A stretch of 56,454 bases of DNA, filler included, from Sphacelaria rigidula (Eukaryota), in the NCBI GenBank assembly GCA_964200075.2. It is 6 parts of 6 records of this genome, joined end to end, with 100 filler letters (N's around TTAATTAATTAA, not from the genome) between each part and the next. Parts side by side here need not be neighbours in the genome. Positions count along the whole stretch, not along the records: positions 18,853 to 28,178 come from CAXNAA020008737.1; positions 28,279 to 37,604 come from CAXNAA020008738.1; positions 37,705 to 47,029 come from CAXNAA020008739.1; 3 more parts are not named here. One strand, 5' to 3'. The position numbers and the translations under genes are program-made. Below, one piece after another: positions 26,101-37,934 of this stretch. The notes under the pieces were generated by a model. That model saw nothing but the letters and a program-made list of their open reading frames with translations, was not told where the DNA came from and did no database searches. The stretch's first letter is position 1; every line of letters begins with the position of its first letter.

Positions 26101-27530
26101 GTAGTAGCGGTGACGGGAACATTGCCCTATTCTTCAACGACACGTTTTTTAGCGCACAGAGGCGCGTCCTGTCCAAAAAGAGAGGCAGAGAAAAATCCAT
26201 CTTCGCATTGGTGAGCTCCACAGGCAAGAAGCGACGAAATCTCTCCGCGTCTCGATGTTCTGGCACATGAAAAATTTGGTACATGCTGGTGACATCGATG
26301 ATGCCAGTCTCTCGAGCGACTGGTAATCGCCGAGCGAGGACACACAAAGGACGCGAGGAGCTTCCTCTCTGTCGTTACTTCTCTCTCTGGCGATATCGTC
26401 ATCGACACGCGTGCACATCGCATTTGTTGGGTGCACCTAGCCACAGCTGCTTAACTGCTGCGGACATTTGGGGGGGATAATGGCTTCGCTTGGTCGTAAG
26501 TGTTTCGCGTCATCCCTACAAAAGAAAAATGCCACTTCAACCTCATTTTTGAGATGGACACCATTTTCTAGGATCCACTGTTTAATGTTGTTTTTGCTGA
26601 AATTTAAAATCCCCATACTTTTTTTTTTATGCTGCTCTCGTCATGTTCTGCATGTCGATAATCATATTATGCTGCTATCAAAATTTCAGCGTCCGACTCG
26701 TAATTTTACGCAGTGCGTCGCCTGAGCGAGAAAATTATCCATTGTTGGCTGGCCCAGCTCGAAGTCAGTATAACGAACGCGATGGTAAAAGTGTACTGCG
26801 CACAGTTTTGTGTGGTGCCGTCTCATCTATTCTGGACGCCGGTCTCCACCTTTCGGTACATGTGCCCCGGTTTCCACCTTTCGGTACATGTGGGCGCACG
26901 AGCCACGGTCACACAGAAGGAACGCCAACACAGGATTTTTTTTCTATTTTCTTTCGTTCAGATTTCCACCTTCCTTCTGCGGTGCTTCCTTGTTTTTTTA
27001 TTGCGAAAGGGCTTCAGCAGTCCCTTTCCCTCGTCGACCATTAGATCGATTTGTTTTGCACAGTATAGAAAATATTGCCGACCGTAATTTGTGTAAAAAT
27101 CTCCACAATGTGGAATGTTACAGGCGGCCTTCGGGTCATAGTGGTTGTGTTGCTATGCAGCTTCGCCCAAGATACAGGCAGCCATTACAGCGGCGGAGGC
27201 AGCATTTCACTCCTGCGTGCGCCACCTGGGGAAAACGCACGCTGTAACTGCAACACGGGAAGCTTTACAAAATGTGGTGTACGAGCTGGACCAGCCTAGA
27301 GGCCGATTGAATAATGTTGTAGTGAAATTGAGAGTTGAAGATCCAATTGAGAGCGACCAGTTTACTCGAACGGCGCTAACGGAGACCTTTTGAATTGTTC
27401 CACGACACTTTGGGTTGAAGTATAGCAGAGGTATCTCAAACTCGGCTCTCGGTATCCTGGTTTGTTTTATTCTGTTTTTTTACGTGAAAGTGATGCTGAT
27501 CCATCAGATGATGAGACCCGAGCGACGCTA

Positions 27531-27765
27531 CTGTAGGGGTGCACATTTTTTGCGAAAAATTGTCTGGTTGAGAGGTTCCTAACGATTTTAGACGCACAAG
27601 AATATGGATCAGGGCATCCCTGTTTGCAGATTTATTCGTGATATCCCCAGCACATTAAAATAGTAATCCTGGCGTACTTTCGCATATTTTCATGAGTCGT
27701 GTTTTGGATGAGATAAAGGGCTCTCAAAAATTCTAACCTCAGAAAATATTTGGGTACCCATACCG
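27531..27765. mobile_element. TA-flanked MITE with degenerate TIRs
   Basis: TA|CTGTAGGGGTGCAC...GGGTACCCATACCG|TA; ends resemble 38241-38470. Confidence 0.55.
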
Positions 27766-28178
27766 TAGCATCACTCACCCGTTGACCGCCAGGTCAGGCC
27801 CTCCTATGAATTGCGATCACTTTCACTTGAAAAAATACTACTACACAACTCAGACCCAGCAAATAAACCAGGATACCGGGAGCTGAGTTTGAGATTCCTC
27901 TAAGAAGAGGGTAGTTGACCCGTGGGGCAGACCTACTCAATCTTTGAGTAGAGGATTTGTTGCTCCGTTCCCCGTCCTCCAACGAAGGCCATGACCGGTC
28001 TTGTGGGTACGGCGTGGGGAGGGTATTTTCGGCGGGTGTAGGGCGGGAATCACCTTCAAGGAGTGATTCCTTCTCACTGCCACCCTAGGCCAAGGCTGTG
28101 GTGTGGTGGTGGAGTTGGGTCAACACGGTGCTCATCAGGCACACCCACCCTTGTTGTAGTGCAGCGGTATAATATGTT

Positions 28179-28278
28179 NNNNNNNNNNNNNNNNNNNNNN
28201 NNNNNNNNNNNNNNNNNNNNNNTTAATTAATTAANNNNNNNNNNNNNNNNNNNNNNNNNNNNNNNNNNNNNNNNNNNN
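28179..28278. other. Artificial contig linker
   Basis: 44 N + TTAATTAATTAA + 44 N. Confidence 0.97.
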
Positions 28279-28764
28279 CCCATGACTGCAGATTAATGAA
28301 CCTTGTTGGCTTAGGTAGGTCCCGCATTCATCCGAAGGTGGGAAACATATACCAGCGCTGACGTCGAACTTGTCGCACATGGCGTGCATGTACAAGCCAT
28401 TCACGCCTTGAGTCACGAAGAAGAGTTGACTGCATGAATTATATCACGCCTTGAGTCATGAAGAATGGTTGACTGCGTGAATTACAACTGATGTACGAAC
28501 CGCATGATTTATTCATTGAGATGATGACTTTGAGTTGACTCACGAGTTGATTTGTCCTAACCGTGAACCCTTTTTCGAGAATCCACTGTTACTTGATACC
28601 TCTCAACCCCTTCGATATCACTCTCAGTATGGAGCGCTACTTATCACCATTGAGTAATCGAGCAGACGGATTGCCGGGAACTCGCAGGTACTATCAAAAT
28701 GAGCGGCTCTACCGGCCGCACATGTGACTCCTCCATGGATGGGAGAAACATCGGGTCCAGCCTC

Positions 28765-28887
28765 AGATACTCTACCCAACGTCCGGGTAGATTGGGTGTG
28801 ACCTCAAGAACTCTACTCGAATTTTGAGTAGATTGAGTATGCATATCCTCGAATACTCTACTCAAATTTTGAGGCGATCGAGTACGG
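28765..28887. repeat. About 40-bp palindromic minisatellite, left part
   Basis: Unit approximately AATACTCTACTCAAATTTTGAGTAGATTGAGTATGACCTC; continues at 33948-34160. Confidence 0.75.
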
Positions 28888-29088
28888 TGTAATGCGTGAG
28901 AGGACCGCGTGCTTAGAGGACCGCATCGGAATTTGAACATCCCTATGGTTAGGGTTTTAGGGTTAGGGTTAGGGTCAGGGGCGTGGTCCCTGCAGGGAGT
29001 GGCCCGAATGGTTTCGACAAACGTCGATCCTGGGGTGTTTCGGACTACGGCGCGGTCCTCAAAGCACGCGGTCCCCTCACTCATTACA
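28888..29088. mobile_element. TGT...ACA MITE with internal TTAGGG repeats (Ginger-like), copy 1
   Basis: About 37-bp TIR TGTAATGCGTGAGAGGACCGCGTGCTTAGAGGACCGC; ACGG duplicated on both sides; internal GGTTAGGGTTTTAGGGTTAGGGTTAGGGTCAGGG. Confidence 0.8.
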
Positions 29089-29094
29089 ACGGCC

Positions 29095-29347
29095 TATGAC
29101 GCCAGCAGGTTGCTCGTACTGCAGCGTCTAATGCTGTTGATGGACTCCCCAGTCCCACTGGCCTCAGGTTTCAGTTGTCAGCCTTCACAACACCTTTTAT
29201 TATCCTGAAGTGCCACCCAGACGGCCCCATAAACCACATCAGGGTATCACCCCTGTGTCCATGTCATCATCCGTATCATCCCTACAGATCCCAAGTCATC
29301 ATCCAATCATCACTATATACTCAACGCGACGGCGTGATTTCGTCACA
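29095..29347 (-). repeat. 3' LTR of Gypsy element
   Basis: Direct repeat of 33691-33943, about 21 substitutions by manual count. Confidence 0.95.
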
Positions 29348-32300
29348 GCACACCCAAAGCGCGTTGGGCTAGAATCGAGCAACAGGCTTGGCACTCAGAA
29401 AAATGACGCCAAAACGATTGAGCAAGTCACAACTGAATACCAAACTCACGCGTAATGCGAGCAGCAATGGAACGATTCACTCGCACCTTACGCAACTCCT
29501 TTTTGAGAAATTCTCGAGCGGCCTCAAAACTATTTTTAAAAGGCTCCCACGTACGCTCCTCGACTTCAAAACCAACCCAGTGGACCAACACGATCAACGA
29601 ACGATCCTCTGCTTGTGCCACGCGAACAATCCCAGCCATCTGAAATTGCCCCTGGTTGAAAGCGTGCTGAAACACATCCTTCACGTCTGCCATTACATTA
29701 AGCTGTGAGTCCGCATAAAAACGCAGACGAGCTACATGCGGGTGGTGAGCACGAACCACTCTCCACGGACCAGTCCACGTTGACATCAACTTAGGCGTAA
29801 CTCCCGGGCGACGCACGCGTGCATACAAAACATAGTCGCCTACCTCAAAATTCGGCAATTCCAGCCCCGACGAAGACCCCTCACGTCTACGCGCACGTTC
29901 AGCTGCAACACGCTCCTGCACTTGAACGTGGAAACTTTCCTGCAACTCCAAAACTCCTTGCAACGCACGCTTCAGTTGCGCATTGTCTAAAACATCACAG
30001 TTCCACTCCCCAGCCCATGAGGACGCCAACACCGAGAAAGACGTCCGAGATCACGACCAAACATCACGTGATACGGCGTACGATCGTATCGACGGCGATA
30101 TGCTGTACTTAGCGCCCATTGCACAGCGGGAAACACGTCCACTCACTCGGTCACCTCTCGACGCTGCTCGAGAATAATAGATCGAAAAGCACGAACTACT
30201 TCCTTGACCATGCGTTCGCACGTACCGTCAGACCACGGAGAATACGCCACCGCAAACTGGGGATCAACGCGCAAAGCCTCTCGTAATCAGGCAAAGATCG
30301 CATTCTTGAAATGCGTGGCGGTATCACTCGCCCACACGCGCGGCACCCCCAAAGTTTCGCACCAATTTAGCGAAGACGCAGCAGTCGATTCAGCAGTACA
30401 CACTGCTACTGGTTCCAGAGCCACAAATTTGCTCAAATCATCCATGATTACCAAAATGTATCGGAGCCCCGCATCCTCCGACAAACCTTGGGAAGCTAGC
30501 GGGCCACTCTCGCCCACGTACAAGAAGTCAAAATGAACGACTTCATTCGGCGTGGTCCCATGGACAGTTTCACCGAGCGGGCGGGGAACAACATCGCCCG
30601 CCCTCGAGTCAGCACAGTGAAAACACTGGAGGACAAAGTCGCGCACATGAGTTTCTATCCCCTGCCAGACACAAAACGTATGCAAGCGCACGAGCGTCGC
30701 AGCCACACCACGATGCCCGGCGTCGCGCATGTGCGCGCAAATCATCAGACGTACCTGCAACTGCTTGTCAGAACTCAAAATCCACAAAGCGTTTCGGCCA
30801 CGCACATGCACACGAAATAGATCTTCATTGTCCACGATAGTAGTACCAACGTCCGACTCGAAAGATTGCACATCCGCATCTTCGGCCCCAAGGTCTTCTC
30901 GTTGCGCTTGGCGGACAACAGATTTGGACGGCATCGAGTCATCAGCTTCGCACGGGCCATACACAGCCACAGCGCGCACAGGCATTTGCATCTCAACAGT
31001 AGGCACTTGCATGACCAAACTACCCCAATGGCACTCAAATGCATCCGGAAACATTGACACCTGACAATCTGGACGAGGATGGAACACCATCACGGCATGA
31101 GCCACCAGATCCTTCGCTGCCGCCCACGCCTGCAGCCTGCCCTCCGTCCACGATGCAGCCTTCTTCAAAAACGCCATACCTGGACTGGACCACCCCGCCT
31201 GTAAATTCCGTATCACCAACCCGAGCGCCAAAAAAGCCGCCATGCACAACGCCAACCAACTCGACTTCACTGGATCGTAACCCCGCGGCCTCATCTTCAC
31301 CGCAGACGCCCCAGGTTCTGGTTGAACATGCATGGGCTCCACGCGTGCAGGTAGATCACCCCGCAGCGCACGACGAAGCGCGTTGACGCGATGCAATATG
31401 CCGCGCAGGCGCTCCGCTTTTGAGATGCTGAGGTCGCCCCAGCATCCGCCACGCTATCCTCCAGCGCGACCGTCCGTGCGGACTCTTCTTCCGCCGGAAT
31501 CATTGTCATCTCCGGGCCGCGCTCTACCGAGCGTTCCGCCGCCATATCCCGCTCTTCGGTCACCTGCCCTCCAGCCCCCTGAAATGCATCCACCGACAGG
31601 CTCACGCGGCGACTGCCCAAAACGGCAGGCGTCTCCAACCGTGGACCAGGCGAAGACATCCGCGTCTTCATCGAGTCCCACAACCGCCGAGCGTTGACTC
31701 CAATATCCTGAAGCATCGGCAACCCCATAAGAAAAACGCCACCCGACCCCGGCATGATCGCAAACAAGAGCAGAGGCAAATGCGCCGGCCCCCAGGAAGT
31801 CATCAGAGTCAGCTGCAGCGGAACAGTACGCTCTGTGACGTAAAGATGCTGATACGACGCGGTGACAGCCTGCAGCACCCCGAGCGAAACGGAATGCGCA
31901 GCGGCACACAAGGAAGAAGACGCTCCAGCATATCTACAATTTGTATCGACAGACTCACATGACCCGTCCGGTGGGCGCCAGAATCCCACTTAGCCTGAAC
32001 CGCAATGGCTCCACGCTCCCGTTGATTTTGGAAGTATAATTCTGCAGGGATATATTTTTCTTGATACTTGATCCGCACCTGCTCCGCCGACTGATTGGTC
32101 GTGATCCCCACTTGGCGCCACGGCTGCGCGTGTGGCGCAAGCATAGACGTCCCCACTGAGGTAACCGACACCGCCGGCGGGTACGAGTCCCCGCCCGCGG
32201 AACCAAATTGTAGCGGTACTCCGGCCGACGCAGCAGCGGATCCAAATTTCTGCTAAAATCCAGCCGGCTCAGCAGCAGGCGTCTCGCCTTGCTCTGCTGC

Positions 32301-32422
32301 CGGCGGCGCCGGCACTGAGCCCGACACTTGAGTGTTCGGTCCCACCTGCACCGCCCGTTAAAGAGCAGCAGCCGCTGGGGCTGAGCCGGACCCAGAACCG
32401 AACCCCTGCTGACGCCAACGCC

Positions 32423-32465
<43 letters not shown>

Positions 32466-33690
32466 AGGCCGGAACTCGACTGCACACCTCCACCGCTGGA
32501 GGATCCGCCTCCGCCACCACCCCGATTACCTTTTCCTCCTTTATAATTGCGAGGGCGCGTGGCACTTGCTGCCCAGAATCCCCCTCGGAAGGCGTTGGGC
32601 ACTTGCGTGCGTAGTGGCCCACCTGGCCACACTGCAAGCAAGTGATATTGGCGGCGACACTGCCTCCGGATTTTGATCCGCGGTTACACAAGCTCGAAGT
32701 CTGCGGCGACGAAGTGGATGATTTCCCGAATACTTCAATCTGCCGCCATGCTTGAGCCTCAGCCACCACGGTATCCATAACTAAGTACGGGTCTGACTTC
32801 CAATTGGTTCCGTGCTGTGATTGCACAAGCACGGCCTGTTTGAATTCCGCCGGTGCCAGATCCTCCACCATCGCTTTCGTGATCACCGCAGCGGGCTCTG
32901 AACGGAATTTCCCATTGGAGGAACGATAAACCATCTCGACGTTGGGATATTCCGAAAAATATGTGTCCAACTTTCCCATGATTGGCTCCACCCTCTCACG
33001 CATGGTCTTCCCTTTGTGCTTCATGGCGACAGCCTTCACCACGGCTGCGGACGCCTGGGATACCTCGCCCGCCGCATGCCCTCCATGGTTCTTGATCGCT
33101 GCAGCCAATTGCAGCGGCGTTATTGTGTTCTTCTCATGGAATCTTCTCGCAAAAACGCGTTGGAGGGCGTAGGCACGAGTTGCACCATGGATACCACCTG
33201 ATGCCTTACCGCATCCCCCGCATTCGCATGCTCCACCCGCTGCTTGTATTCCACATATTTCGAATAAAACGAACGAGAAGCACACTCAGAATACAAATTC
33301 CCGTAACTGAGAGGCCGCAACTCTTCTCTCAGAACAACTGGGGTTACGGTCGTCTTCGCTGGCTCTTCGGTCGGTACTTCTGTAGTCGACATTTCCGAGC
33401 GGACCTAATCAAAGGCTTCTGAACCTTCTCAAACTCCACAATGCACACCTGCCTTCATCGCCGCACTCCACAGCCGTAGGGTCCTATGAACACCCACTGC
33501 ACGGAGCTCCAGCAGGTCTCCAGTCTGGATCAATCACGGGCCAGCCGCCTTTGCAGCTACCTCAGCTTGAACACTCCTCACGCGTCCGTGAAGCAATATG
33601 CCCGAAGCTGTTCAGACTCATCTCTACTGAAAAAATTCCAGCAGTCACTAACGATAGCACTACTAGCACGACTAGCACAAGTATCGATAT

Positions 33691-33943
33691 TGTGACGCTG
33701 GCAGGTTGCTAGTCCTGCAGCGTCTAATGCTGTTGATGGACTCCCCGGTCCCACTGACCTCAGGTTTCAGTTGTCAGCCTTCACAACACCTTTTATTATC
33801 CTGGAGTGCCACTCAGGCAGCTCCATAAACCACATCGGGGTATTACTCCTGTATCCATGTCATCATCCATATCATCCCTACAGATCCCAAGTCATCAATC
33901 AATTATCACTATATACTCAACGTGACGGCGTGATTTCGTCACA
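33691..33943 (-). repeat. 5' LTR of Gypsy element
   Basis: TG...CA with 7-bp terminal inverted repeat; upstream of gag on the minus strand. Confidence 0.95.
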
Positions 33944-33947
33944 GGCC

Positions 33948-34160
33948 CCAAATACTCTACTCAATTTTGAGTAGATTGAATATGACCTCAAATACTCCAC
34001 TCAAATTTGAAGTACGTTGAGTATGGCCTCCAACACTCTACGCAAATGTTGATTGAGCACTCAGTAATACTTGAGTATAGAGCATCACTTGTGTATGACC
34101 TTAATATTCTACTCAAAGTTTGAGTAGATTGAGTGCGACCTCGAATACTCTACTCGACCT
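33948..34160. repeat. About 40-bp palindromic minisatellite, right part
   Basis: Repeated ATACTCTACTCAA(A)TTTTGAGTAGATTGAGT-like units. Confidence 0.75.
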
Positions 34161-34650
34161 GCACTTGCACGATTCTCATCACTGGCGGGCAGACACCCGT
34201 CCCCCTCAACCCTCCCCCCCCACCCCTCCCCCCCCGCCCCCTGGCCACTGGAAACCCCCGAATGTCTCTGAACTGTGGGCCTGTGAAACTGTTCCGAGTC
34301 GACACTTGCTGTCTAAGTGTTACGTTTTATCGCGAGATGGTTCCTGCTGTCCCTTTCCCTCATCGACCGTAGGCTTGAAGTCTGGGCTCACCTCTCACAG
34401 GTAGGTGACTCGAAGTGAATTAAAATATTGTCGCTCGAATCGCGATTATGGTCGAGCGTTTGAAAATCACTCGGTAGCAATTGAGGACCCATCCGAAATC
34501 AGGGGAAGATCTATCTATTGCGTGGGACATGTCCTGTATCATTGTCTGTTCTGCAGAAATAGCACACTCATGCTCTGTCTCGTGTGCCGTGGCTGTCGTT
34601 GCGCTGTGGGGTCTTTAGGCCTTTCTGAAGACGGTTTGATCTCCGCCGGG

Positions 34651-34855
34651 TGTAATGCGCGAGAGGATCGCGTGCTTAGAGGACCGCATCGAAATTTGAA
34701 CACCCGTATGGTTAGGGTTAGGGTTAGTGTTGGTGTTAGGGTCAGGGGCGTGGTCCCTACAGGGACTGGCCCGATTGGTTTTGAAAAACGTCGATCCTGG
34801 GGTGTTTTGGACTACCGCGCGGCCCTCTAAGCACGCGGTCCTCTCACGCATTACA
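34651..34855. mobile_element. TGT...ACA MITE with TTAGGG-like repeats, copy 2
   Basis: Colinear with copy 1; CCGGG on both flanks. Confidence 0.8.
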
Positions 34856-34931
34856 CCGGGAGAGCCTGATTTTTTTGTTGCCATTACGTTCGTCTCTATG
34901 GAAAATAAAATTGTCGGTACGCAGTGCTCCC

Positions 34932-35141
34932 TGTAAAGCGTGAGAGGACCGCATCGGAATGGGAATTTGAACATCCCTGTCGCTAGGGTGAGGATTCGGG
35001 TTGGGGTTAGTAGTGGGGTTAGGGTCAGAGGTGTGGTCCCTGCGGGGACTGGCCCGAATAGTTTCGAAGAAGAAACGTCAATCTTGTGGTATTTCGGACT
35101 ACAAGGCGGTCCCCTAAGCAGCGGTATTGCCACGCATTACA
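34932..35141. mobile_element. TGT...ACA MITE, diverged copy 3
   Basis: TGTAAAGCGTGAGAGGACCGCATCGGAAT...CACGCATTACA; no TSD visible. Confidence 0.7.
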
Positions 35142-36939
35142 CAACCAATCAATTAAAGTCAATCATCGGCACAAATACAAGAACGGTTTTTGTACTCCAC
35201 TCGCGGTCTGTGCCGCCTGCCCGACTCCCCATATGAGGCCAGCATAGCTTCACACTATTTTGGTGTTGTTCGTGATCTCCTCACGTATTACACTCTCCAC
35301 ACACTGTTGAAATCTTCATGGTGTGTTGGCTGTTTGGTCTCGAGTCAAATGAACAAGGCGCTTCCCAAAGCCATCATTCCTGTGCTGCTGTTGTCGCTGT
35401 GCTGTTGTGCATCTAAACACTCTACGACGATCACGGTACGACGTGCGCTTGAGAGTACCTGAGGAGTTGTGCTGTTGCATGCCGTGTTTCGATCTGCGCA
35501 GAATTGTGGTGGGATCAAAGTGCTGTCCAAATAAAAAAGGTTTGATTCAATCGTCACGTGACGGCTGTGCAGCTGTCCGTTGCGTCTTCTCTAGCACCTC
35601 GGTTATAATCGGGTGCTGTGATCGGGGAAGACATGTAAGGCGAGTGCGTGCCGGTTGGGGCAAACAAACTGAGCCAGCGCGGAGCTGTTGTATCCTTGGT
35701 GATAGATGGTGGCAGCTGTCTGTCTCGCAGCGGTGCAATGTGTGGGCCCATCAAAGCTACCTTTTGACTCATATTCCACTCGTTCTTCTCATCTGATTGA
35801 AGAAAGATCGCCGCATTTTGATGTATTTCAAGACTCTGATTGGTAAAAAAGCATTTCCCACTCACAATTCTCCCCCCCCCCCCCTATCTGTGGGCCCAGT
35901 GCCGAATTCTCGTACCCACGATTCAGTCGCTCTCCACTATTGAGCTTGGTATGATAAAAAAAAAACCTAGATCGCGTGACTTCGCCGACATTCGAACCCA
36001 CTTAAAAATGTGTGTGAGGACCGCGTGTTTTTTTTACCGCATCCGAAGCCCATTCTTATCGACACTGAATTCTCGGGGATCTCCGAGGTCTTCGGGACTG
36101 GTACCTACCGTATGGTTCTCGAATACTCGCGAGCGCCATGGCGTTTTCACAGAGCAGCTCTCCAACGTGCTGCGTTGCAGTCCGAATATTTCGGACGGAG
36201 TTCTGCAAAAAGATGGCTTCGGAGCAAACATCAAGCCGCTTCGTTCTCGGAAAAGTCTGAACGCAAAATTTGAAACTCTAAACAATTCCGAGATCCCTGA
36301 GAAAACAATGAGCTAGACCCACCATTATCGAGTATATGTGTTTCAACGTTTAGGCTACTTCTCATGTCTAAAAAAAATGAAAGTTGATGAAAAGTGCATT
36401 TTTGGCCCTTCTCCGTCGTTTTTCCCACGAGAAGAGGGCTAGGCAGATGTTGACACCTTGGAATAACTTGCTTTACTCGCTGAGACGGTTCTAGAGCAAC
36501 TTTACGTTTCCCGGAGGTCGCAGTTTCGTTTTGGCCGAACTTTCGTTGATTAAGGGAGCGCCTTTTGGAGGACTGGCTCTGGACAGGGGAATGTGTAGTA
36601 ACTTCTTGTATCAGTCTCTTATACCCTTCACTGACCAAGCATCAACCGTGCACGCTCCGCCAGAGCTGCTCTCTCTCACCTCGAAATGCAACACCAAAAT
36701 ACAATGGACAAGAATGATCTGGGAGGGTAAGACCGCACGCTGGATTCCCCCATATGGCATACATCCAGTCATAACACAACCCGTTACCGCAGACGATATC
36801 CGGTACTCATCATATATCATCAATCTGCCCTGCATGCACCCGCACGTACCCGAATTAATCCACGTACACATGCACTCGGCAATATTCAATCAGCCCCCCT
36901 TGTCGATGCTTGATCCTAGTCATATCACATGAAATCAGA

Positions 36940-37270
36940 CAAATGCCGGGATACACGACGGAAGATCCAGCAAGGAAAAACCCATTCACCAAGGAAAATC
37001 ACCTCCTGAATTATATGCCCCCCTGACCCCATATCATCTCATCATTTCTAGGAGCATGGCGTATGACATCTCGGGACGTGATTTTACAAAATTCTGCGAA
37101 GAAAATCACACTCTTATCACCACGGAAATGCCGGGATACACGGAAGACTCAGCAAGGAAAAAACCAAAATCATAAAAGAAAATCAATTCCTACGTTATAT
37201 ATCTCCCTGACCTCATGTTATCTCCCCATTCTCGGGAGCTTGAAATGTCAAATCTCGGGACGTGTTTTTC
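36940..37270. repeat. Two diverged tandem copies of an about 185-bp unit
   Basis: AAATGCCGGGATACACG...CAGCAAGGAAAAA at about 36941 and 37126; ATCTCGGGACGTG twice. Confidence 0.6.
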
Positions 37271-37604
37271 CAAAAATATATCACAAAAATTTGGCCCGAA
37301 ACCCAGAATCAATAAATTAATTCAACCAAAATGGATCCGTCATATGCCATGATCCATGAAAAAAATTATGTTGTCAAATCGATCGACCCCTTGACGTTTT
37401 TCGTGGCCACAGCACATGCTTGGAAACGCTTGAATTTCATGACGAAAATCAAACTCACATGAAAAAAAATTCTGACCATGTCATCTCGGTGAAAATATGA
37501 AAACCGAGACTGAATTATCACAATCGAACTCAAATCGATCTGTAACAGCCGATCATCTATGTTGAGGATGGAGCTTTTCATTGAGGATGAGAACCCGGAG
37601 GATT

Positions 37605-37704
37605 NNNNNNNNNNNNNNNNNNNNNNNNNNNNNNNNNNNNNNNNNNNNTTAATTAATTAANNNNNNNNNNNNNNNNNNNNNNNNNNNNNNNNNNNNNNNN
37701 NNNN
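37605..37704. other. Artificial contig linker
   Basis: 44 N + TTAATTAATTAA + 44 N. Confidence 0.97.
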
Positions 37705-37752
37705 AATGGTCTTATGACTATGGCATGCATGATCATGAGTACACCCCCCCCC
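37705..37752 (+). mobile_element. Non-LTR 3' tail (type B) plus C-run
   Basis: ATGGTCTTATGACTATGGCATGCATGATCATGAGTACACCCCCCCCC. Confidence 0.7.
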
Positions 37753-37934
37753 GAAAATGATCAAAGGTACTTGCGGACGATACTCCCCTCGGGTCTTTGT
37801 CGCATACTGGCTAGCCTCCTCAAACCTCATTTCATTGATCGACCTCTTTTCATAGAATCCCCTGTTGATTGATGTTTTCCCCATAATCAACCACGAAGAA
37901 AACCATATTCCCCTTACCATGAAAATCAAATATG

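Larger units (their letters stand above)
29095..33943 (-). mobile_element. Ty3/Gypsy LTR retrotransposon with chromodomain, internally deleted and decayed
   Basis: 253-bp LTRs 29095-29347 and 33691-33943 (TGTGACG...CGTCACA), GGCC TSD. Gag from 33392 with knuckle CLQCGQVGHYARKC; protease DSGA; RT start WSSP; integrase HMRDAGH...CFHC, HFDFL, DTATHF, CERMVK; WTGPW; chromodomain VHWVGFEVEERTWEP. Frameshifts and stops present. Confidence 0.95.

Noticed and set aside
28948..28980. True telomere or chromosome fusion site
   Set aside because: Only a few TTAGGG units, inside a repeated TIR element.
33948..34160. CRISPR-like palindromic repeats
   Set aside because: Units are contiguous and lack variable spacers.
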